Part shown: positions 55,670 through 64,000 of the stretch, one piece after another
Layout: every line of letters starts with the position of its first letter
Position numbering within the stretch: position 1 is the first letter of the stretch
Assembly: GCF_009914755.1 (NCBI RefSeq)
Contig: NC_060934.1
Reading direction: 5' to 3' (one strand)
Length of the DNA stretch: 64,000 bases
Source: the human T2T-CHM13v2.0 reference genome, Homo sapiens
Position numbers and translations under genes: made by a program
The notes under the pieces: model-generated
The model's database searches: none
Seen by the model: only the letters and a program-made list of their open reading frames with translations
What the model was told of the DNA's origin: nothing

Positions 55670-56932
55670 TGACAGAGGCGGATAAGGGCCTTGTCTCAAA
55701 GGAAGGCTGCAAAGGCCAGCAAAAGAGATGGGTGTGTCTCCCTCAGTCTCACATAATACGGGGTTTGGAGGCATAGGCCTGGGGGGGCTCCCTTTCCTTC
55801 CCTCTACCCCTTGCCCCCACCACCACTCTTCAGGGTGTCTGGGCTCTGGAGTAACTCTCTGCCCCTTCCTGACCATGAAACGTCTGGGTTTTCTTTCCCA
55901 GGATGCCTTGCTGGAGAACTGCCAGTCCCACGTGGGTCCATAGCTTCTCATTGCCCTTCCAAGGCTCTGCAGACTTCATAAAGGCTGGTGGTCCCAGACA
56001 CAGTGGATTTTCACTTCCAGGGTCCAGAAAGCAGGTTCTAGCCCTGATGAAAACAATTCGGGGGCTCTCTTACGGGCAGTTCCCCTACAAAATTTTCTAT
56101 AGGATTTGATGGATATGCCAATGTCAGCCCCTGGGTCAGCAGTATACTGGCTCCCCACTCTACCACCTTGTTGGCCCTACTCACAGACCCCCAATCCTTA
56201 CCCCCAACCTCAGCACCACTGCACAACACTCCATCTGTCCCCCAAGAGCCAATGAGCCCTGTCTGGGTCAGCTTCTCCAGGGATGGAGCTTCTGCCTTTG
56301 ACCACAGGAGCCCCAGGCACTCACCACTTTTCAAATCTACAGGCTGACCCTGAACTGACCATTACACCACCCAGACATATCACAAGACTGTGTCCTAGGT
56401 CCCAAGACTTACGGCCCATGTGTGAGATTTTCTGCCAGGATTTGACTGGCAGATGGGCAAGCATGTAACCAAGCCATGGTTTCCCTTTGTCTCTAATTTC
56501 TCTGTCAGCTCCACCAGCCAGTAAAATTTCTATGAGCCCTCAGCCATCAGCCTGCAGCCACATGGGCCAAAGCAAATCAGCTGGCCTAACACTCCAAGCA
56601 CATCCCGCAGACTCCACACTTGGGCAACAGAAATGCTCAGCACATCCCAGCATCTCTGGAGCTAAAATTGAGACCCTTCTGGAAATAATAGGTGCTCTCT
56701 GCTTCCACCCCTTGGGATTTCCTTGCTCTGAAATTTCAGGTGAGGCAAAGGGCTGGCAAGGCTATTCTCAAGGCTGGCTGCTAACCCTCCCTGGGGTTGA
56801 AAGACTGTTAAGTTCTCTGGAGTTCTGCTGAGTCACTGCTGCTGGGGGTGAGCCTGGGGGAATCAGCAGGGTCCCTTCAGACACCCTCCCTAGAGGCAAG
56901 GAAGCAGAAGCAGAGCCTTGAGCTGGTGCTAG

Positions 56933-57374
56933 TGTGTATAGCAGATGCTGTCCTGAGCCCCTGTACCAGCTGCGGCTCCTCCCCTCAGTGCTGTGAGTGT
57001 GGGCTACTGCTAGGGGCTTCCAGCTGCCCCCTTCTTCAGATGCATGCCCCCGGCCATGAGAGCCATCATGCCCATGCTCCACACCCTTTGGAAGAAGAGG
57101 CAGCCCACAGACAATGGATGACTGATGTGGGGGGGCTATAAAAGCTGTCCCCTAAGATGGAACAGTTTTGTGGTGCCATTCACCCTCCAGAGCTCCCCGT
57201 GGGATCAGGCAGAGGCTAGACTTAGCTGAACACACATCTCTGCCTCACTTCCTCTTCTGCCCCATCCTGTTTCCTTCCCTGCCACAGGAAGTTCACGTGA
57301 GAGCATACCCTCAAAAGCCACTAGCAGGCGAATCCTCATCTCAGGCTCTGCATTTAACGAACTTGACCTAAGAC
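56933..57374 (+). mobile_element. ERVL LTR (LTR16-like)
   Basis: tgt..agcagatgctgt...ccctccagagctccccgtgggatcagg...ctcaggctctgc...acctaagaca. Confidence 0.78.
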
Positions 57375-58059
57375 AGGCAATGTTCATCACTGCCCTTCTC
57401 TGACACCCTCTCCTCCTGGAAGCCCTGTGCATCAGGGCGGTGGGGGTGGATGGGGAATCCTCACACCCACTCAACTTGCCCTGGCCAGGTTCTGATTGTG
57501 TTGCGTTATTTTTCCTCCATCTTTTTCCTTCATGTCTGAGCTAAGGAGTGAGCAGAGCATAACAGGGTTAAGGTAGTTTCTAGTGAGCAGGAGGAAGGCC
57601 AGGGACAGGGCTTGGGAACCCCGGGGTAGGATTCCAAATGGCCAGCAATGTGTGTTTTGAAGTCCTGGAGAGTGAGTGAGCTGAAGAGGAGTCTAAGAGG
57701 GAACCCTGCTGAAGCAAGGCAAGAAAAGAAGCCAAACCAGGAAAAAGAAGGGCACAGGGTGGGGGCGAGTCAACCTCACTCCTCCTGACAACATCACCCG
57801 CTATGCACAGGTCACATTTGCATGGGAGCTGGAAGGTGTCTCCATGCTTGACTTTTCCCAGTAGGTGACGGTGGTGTGGGGGCAGGTGACTTTCTTGATT
57901 AACAGCTGCCATTTATTATTTACTGTAAGACAGACTTTGTGCAAAGTGTTTTGCGTAAATTCTTTTAATCCTCACTGCAATCCTGTAAGTGGAAACTGAA
58001 GTTCAGAGAGGTCCTCAGTCCTGTGGCAGCTATTGTGTTCTCGGCACCTGGGCAGCTGA

Positions 58060-58510
58060 TGTGGAAGGGAGCCCTGGCCCAGGAGTCAGGAATGACAGCT
58101 CTGGTGTGGGCTGTGCTTCCTGGCTGTGTAGCCTTGTGCAAGTCTATTAGCCTCCCTTGGCCTCAGTTTCCTAGTCAGTAAAATGGGGATGATCACCTAG
58201 TTGGGAGGATCAAATCAGATTATATATGTAAATTGTGGTGTAAAATGCTAGGCATGTATGGAACATTAGTAATAATAAGGACTAACATTTATTTGGCCCC
58301 TACTAGGAGCTGCCATAGTTGTAAGCACCTGAGATACACTCATTTATTTTATGCTTGAAACAGCCCCACGAAGTACATTCTATCATTATCCCCATTTTCC
58401 AGATGAGGAAACTGAAGCACAGAGAAGCTAATGCAACTTCTCTGTATTGGTAATCAGCAGAGCCAGGGTTTCCAGGGTGAACCCGGGCAGTTTGACTCCT
58501 GAGACAAGGG
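58060..58510. mobile_element. Tail-to-tail MIR pair (plus 58060-58280, minus 58280-58510)
   Basis: gcctcagtttcc..gtaaaatgggg, then ttttccagatgaggaaactgaagcacagag. Confidence 0.8.
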
Positions 58511-60392
58511 GCTGAGGTAGCGGCAGTACACAAGCCTTTGCCCTGCGTTCCACCCTCCAAGCCTACCCATCCTGTGGGGGCCAGCTCCAGGCCCCCCTCG
58601 TTCAGGAGGTCTCTGCTGACTTCCTCAGCTCACAATGAGGTCACTGTTCTCTGAGCTCCCTCTCCAGTCACCCTCAAATTGCACAGTGGTACAGTCACAT
58701 CCTGCCTTAAATGGTCCTGGGATGATGGAGCAGGTCTTCTCTCCACTAGCCTGAGCGTTCCGTAGATGAGGAAAACAAATTCAGATCTCCCTTTAATTCA
58801 CCAGGCCACCCAGCCCCATCAGCTCTGACAGGCTGAGCCCTGGTAAACAGCTGCTGATGGAATAGTGATGGGGTGCTCTTTCTCTGGAGTGCTAGCTGAG
58901 GAAGAAGTGGGAGAAGCCCATTCTTCTGGAGCAAACAGGCGACCTTCATGCCCCAAGGCCAGCCTAACACGCTGTGGCCTCAGGTTGCCTCTAGGACTCT
59001 TGTGCCCACAGCATCCCAGATGGGCTACCAAACCCTGGCACTGAGCTTCCAGACTGTACCGGAGCACCATCTAAGGTTGTCACCAACCTGGATGCTGGAC
59101 ATTCCATTCAAGACCCAGTGCAAAGCCAAGCAAGGAATGCAAGTCACCCCATGTGAACTCCTGGGCCAGGAATGAAGGAGCAATGCTATGACCCTGTGCG
59201 GGGAGGCCAGGGGCCGAGAGTCCCTACACCCTCACTGACTAGTTCCAGTCTTGCCCAAACTGTGGAATTTAGAAGTTCTTCCTTGTAGCTAAACTAATTA
59301 TCTCTAGCTATAGCATAGGACTCTGAGGACAGGCGGTCATAGGGACTCACATCTTTCGCTGCTTTTGAGGATGGAGGAATGCAGGAGAAACGCCTTTCAG
59401 AGAGGAGCCGCTCTCTGAGGGAGGTGCCCCTACATCCGTTTTCAAGTCAGCAAGCAGGCACTGGCTGTGGGCTGGCAGTGTGCCAGGGGTTAGCAAGGTG
59501 CAGGCCCTGCTTCTTGCCAAGGTCTGACTGATCACTGTGGTCCTGACCTGTGCAGGTCCAGGGCCAGTCTGAGCCCGGGGGGAAGCCCACTGTGAAGGGA
59601 GCTCTTCTGGGGAACGGTAGGGGTTCTGGAGAGCCAAGAGACAGCATCGCTTATCTGGTGCAGGGCAGAGCCAGACATGGACCAGGAGGCCCGAGTTTAT
59701 TCCTCAGCTCTGCCACTTTTACGGGCAGTTCTTTAACCTGTCTGAACCCCAATTTCTTCACCCATTGGGGGAGATTATAGTACACACCTCGGTATAGAGA
59801 TGTGCATATGATAACAAATAAAAAAGCACTCCATGGCTATAAATCTCTATACACACTTAAGACATCATCAAAATAACAGGTTATGATACACCTGAGAAGT
59901 TTTCCTCTAAATTACATAATGTAATTGATTGCCTTAAACACACTCCAAAATGGTGTAAGCCTCCTCTTCCATATAAGGTGACGTGAGGACTGGAGGAGAT
60001 CAGATCAGGGAGTGCGCTCAATTTAAGGTTATCCGTGATTAGAATGGGAGTCAGTACAAACATCTCAGCCTGCAGCTCTTCATCCATTCATAGAACTTGG
60101 TCTCTCTGTGCTTTTTGTGAAAAGGAAACCAAAGTCCAGGAGCCTGAGAAACTCCTCAGAAGCTACAGGCCAGGAGCCAGCAGAGACGGTCTTGTAATGG
60201 TGAGAGAAGCCACTTGGAGGACAGTGGACTTCACAGTCTGGAGCTTCCAAATCCCCTGGGGGAATTGTTCATATGCAGATTCCTGGGCATGCCCCGCCCA
60301 GAATCTGCTGCTTAGTACTCTTCTCGGCCTAAGGGAAGGACTGGTCCTTCCCGGGTATCCCCCATCCCTGGGTGGAGCCACCCAATGCTTAC

Positions 60393-60468
60393 CTGGGAGG
60401 AAGGGGATGATCCTTTGCTTGGGGTCCTTCTGGCCACCTTCAATGGGAAACTTATCCAAAAGCTGCAT
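60393..60468 (-). CDS. SH3PXD2A: SH3PXD2A (TKS5) coding exon 3, PX domain, [25 protein letters not shown]+G
   Basis: Minus strand: ctgtctgtctggcttctcAG|ATGCAGCTTTTGGATAAG...CTCCCAG|GTAAGC. 76 nt, phase 0 to 1. Peptide recognised as TKS4/TKS5 PX domain; splices in frame to the exon at 29109. Confidence 0.97.
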
Positions 60469-61379
60469 CTGAGAAGCCAGACAGACAGAGGGACAGGATT
60501 CAGAAGACCAGAACATTCCTCATCATCCCTTCCCCACTCACTCCACTGCTCCAGGGCCCCAGTGTCCTCACACGGATGAGTGACGCCTGAGATCCCTCAT
60601 TTCACAGATGATTAACAAACCACATGGGGCATGAGAGGGAGGAGGCCAAAGCTCTCTCTGCATCAAAGAGGGCATCTGATCAATCTCAGTGAGCGGGTAG
60701 GAGTGCAGGGGAAGGTGTCAGGAGATGACCCCGAGCAAGGCTGGGGTAGGGACCAGAGGCTTTCAGGCCAGGCTGCCTGTAGGGTTTCCAGAGGCTCCTT
60801 TGGGCCTAGTTTCTTTCCTACTTCGTCTGTGGGGTGAATCCTTCAGCCACTGGCCATCCCGAACCCTCTTGGGCCAGGATGGGGGAAGGCCCCACCTGAT
60901 ACTTTAGACAGACCACCCACCTTCCAGAACCGTGCTGTGGAAACAGAACCAGCTGTTATTTTAATTGCAAAACCAAATCCATCCCATTGCCCCTGCTGCC
61001 GGAAGACCATTCCTCCACTTCCTACCTTCCCACCCTGAGGTCGCTGCTGTTTTTCCAAGGACGGACCCACTGGAAGAGTTTCCAGGGTTCTGGAGGAACA
61101 ACTGTTTTGTTTTTTTTTTTTTTTTTTTTTTTGCTATTCTGGACTGAAATTCTATGTAAACTGGAAAAACACACAGGAGACAGGATGGATGAGGCCAGGG
61201 CCCCTTTGTGTGTGGCTGATTTCCTTTCTGAGGCATAGGCAGGAGGGGAGTCATGATCTAGTCCTGCTGCCCCAGCTGTGTGACCTCAGGCAAGGAATGG
61301 AGCCTCTCAAGGTTGGGCCTCAGGCCCCTCCTTGGTAGAATGAGAAGGATCAGTCACATGATCTTTGAAGTCCAATCAG

Positions 61380-62044
61380 TCTTTCAAATACATATTGAGC
61401 ATCCACTTTACAGCACTGGGCACTAAGGAAAGGGCAGTAAAGAAAATAGACAAAGTTCTTGCGCTCAGGGAGTTTACACTCCGGTGGAGGGAGACAAACA
61501 GCAAACAAGTAAGAATGTCATGTGCCAGGGAAGATCAGATCAGTGCTGCGGAGGAAAATCAAGTAGGATATGGTACGGGAACAGTACAGGAGTTGTCATT
61601 TTATATAGGGCGGCAAAGAAGGCCTGACCTCGAGCTAGCAATTCTACAGAGACCTGCAGGGGGGCGAGGAAGCAAGCTACGCTGGAGAGGGAGAACGTTT
61701 CAGGCAGGGAAGCAGGACGTGCAAAAAGAGCCTGGCAAGGCCGATGTGGCTGGAGTGGAGTGAGCCAGGATGAGAGGGACAGGCAATGAGATCTGAGTGG
61801 CAGGATGGGCCAGAGCACAGAGGGCCTGGTGAGGCTGTGGTGAAGACTCAGGGCTTGTCGTGATGGAAGGGGAAGTCCTGGAGAGTTCTGTGCAGAGACA
61901 GACGATCTGCTTCACACTTAGAAAAGACGGCTCTAGCTACGGCGTAGGGAATGGACCACAGGGTGGAAGCAGGGAGACCAGTTAGGATCCTACTGAAGGT
62001 GACTTGGACCAAGGTGTTAGCACTGGAGGTGGTGAAAAGCGGTT
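61380..62044 (-). mobile_element. L2
   Basis: caaatacatattgagcatc...ggcactaagga...gatgtggctggagtggagtgag...ggaagcagggagaccagttagg. Confidence 0.82.
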
Positions 62045-62414
62045 TGTCTTAGTCTGTTTAATGTTGCTATAAAGGAAGACCCAAGGCTGGGTAATTTATC
62101 AAGAAAAGAATCTTATTTAGCTTGGCTCACAATCTACTAGGCATGTGGTGAAGCCTCAGGCTGCTTCCACTCACGGCATGGAAGGGGAGTGGGCATGTGC
62201 AGAGATCACAGGGCGAGACAGGAAGCAGAGGGCAAGGGGGAGGCGCCAGGCTCTTTTTAACAACTGGCTCTCACTCATTACTATGAGAACAGGACCAACT
62301 ATTCATGAGGGATCAGCCCTCATGACCCAAACACCTCCCATTAGGCCCACCTCCGACACCAGGTATCAAATTTCAACATAAGACTTGGGGGGAACAAATA
62401 TCCAAGCTATAGCA
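62045..62414 (-). mobile_element. MST (MSTA/B-like) solo LTR
   Basis: tgtcttagtctgtt...ggctgggtaatttat...cacctcccattaggcccacctcc...tatagca; 5-bp TSD cggtt/tggtt. Confidence 0.9.
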
Positions 62415-62428
62415 TGGTTCTAGGCTAG

Positions 62429-62432
<4 letters not shown>

Positions 62433-62480
<48 letters not shown>

Positions 62481-62486
62481 CGCGCA
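62433..62486. repeat. (TG)20(CG)6CA compound microsatellite
   Basis: Read directly from sequence. Confidence 0.97.
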
Positions 62487-62709
62487 TTTATTTCCATCCA
62501 TCCATCCGTTTGTCCACCCATCCAGCTCTAACACACAATTTTAGGATTGTCTCTTGCATAATCATTACCCAATATACCCAGGTTATTTAGATCCCACATA
62601 ATGAAGGGCAGGTCACCGGTGATTACATTCAAAACAAGACAAAGACTGCAGCATGATTAACTTTCACTTCCCTGAATACAGATGGATATTTAACAAAAGC
62701 TGGCTCATG

Positions 62710-63021
62710 ATTTTTTCTTTTTCTTTCTTCTTCTTCTTCTTTTTTTTTTTTTTTTTGAGACAGAGTCTGTCTCTGTCACCTAGGCTGGAGTGCAGTGGCA
62801 CGATCTCAGCTCACTGCAACCTCCGCCTCCCAGGATCAAGCTATTCTCATAGCTGAGATTACAGGTGTGTGCCACCACGCCTGGCTAACATTTGTATTTT
62901 TAGTAGAGATGGGGTTTCACCATGTTGGCCAGACTGGTCTCGAACTCCTGGCCTCAAGTGATCCGCCTGCCTCAGGCTCCCAAAGTGCTGGGATTACCGG
63001 TGTGAGCCACGGCGCCTGGCC
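62710..63021 (-). mobile_element. AluS
   Basis: Dimer with (TTC)n/polyT tail. Confidence 0.93.
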
Positions 63022-63504
63022 ACGTGAGTTCTCAATGTTTTAAGTCAAACTCTCAAACATTAATAATTGCCTGCTATGTGTAAAAACAGCAACTGGGCCA
63101 TAACACTCTAAACAGGATTTTTTTTTCTTTCCTATACCTTAATGCTCAGCAAAGGATTTTAAAAATTAATACATTTTCAAATAAATTCTATACAGATTAG
63201 GACTCCTATTTTCTCCTTTTCCCATTTTCCTCACCCATATTCTGTTTTTGTAGATTTCATTTCTATATTACACTACGACATAAGGAATTCATGTTCGCTA
63301 AGGGAAAAAACTAGAAGTTATAGCAGTGGGTGGTCAAAAAGAAACTAAGAATCACTCATAATCTCTCTCCCTGACATTAATATTTTGGGATATCTATCTT
63401 TGCTAGGCATTCTTCCATCCATGTAAATAAAATGAACCCATCAATACTTTCACACTATATAATGAACATTTTTCCATGTCAATGAATACTTTCATATCAA
63501 TGTT

Positions 63505-63789
63505 CTTTTTTCTTAAGAGACCAGGTCTCACTCTGTTGCCCAGGCTGGAGTACAGTGTGCAATCACAGCTTGCTGCAGCCTCAAACTCCTGGGCTCAAGT
63601 GATCCTCCCACTTCAGCCTCTGGTGTAATTAGGACCAGGTGTGTGCCACAATGCCCAGCTAGTTTAAAAACTTTTTTGTAGAGATGGGATCTCACTGTGA
63701 GGCTAGTCTCAAGATCCTGGCTTCAAGCGATCCTCCTACCTTGGCCTCCCAAAGCACTGACATTACAGGTGTGAGCCACTGTGCCCAGG
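63505..63789 (-). mobile_element. AluJ
   Basis: Diverged dimer. Confidence 0.9.
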
Positions 63790-64000
63790 ACACGTCAGCA
63801 TTCTCAATCAGGACACAGAATTTCAATGTCTGGATATTGCCAGCTACAAGTGCCACACAGAATGAACTCTTACTTGGTTTGCTCTGGAGTCTGAGCTCAG
63901 AGATTTGCTTTCGTTGAAAGCTGACCTGTGGGCAGAAAAGGTGTCCCTGGCAGCTGGTTAGCTGTGCTTCCATTTTCCGTGGCCAGTGGTCCATGGGGGT

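Noticed and set aside
60163-60516. 117-aa minus-strand ORF as a standalone gene
   Set aside because: Only 60393-60468 is exon 3. The rest is read-through into flanking intron past clear splice sites.

Overview
Human (primate) genomic DNA lying entirely inside SH3PXD2A (TKS5/FISH, chr10q24.33), which is transcribed on the minus strand. Three short coding exons that the ORF track largely misses are readable at 60393-60468, 29033-29109 and 17571-17662, each with canonical AG/GT sites. They splice in frame to [81 protein letters not shown](E), the C-terminal part of the TKS5 PX domain (exons 3-5). The rest is intron: about 30 Alu/FLAM copies, many MIR and L2 relics, MaLR/ERVL LTRs, MER5, L1 3' ends, an L3/CR1 fossil and microsatellites. 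Intron 3 appears to host the antisense lncRNA SH3PXD2A-AS1 on the plus strand (about 40.1-48.7 kb). Its first exon and splice donor look exapted from an L2 3' end. I found no new protein-coding system. The best hypotheses are regulatory or RNA-level: an NKX2/GATA x3/MEIS motif cluster in intron 5 that may contain an atrial-fibrillation GWAS variant, three NRF2/MAF AREs, a divergent CTCF pair, a TATA/NF-kB/RUNX module, and a stop-free 153-nt exon 3+4 circle flanked by inverted Alus. Repeat subfamily calls and boundaries were made by eye and are approximate.
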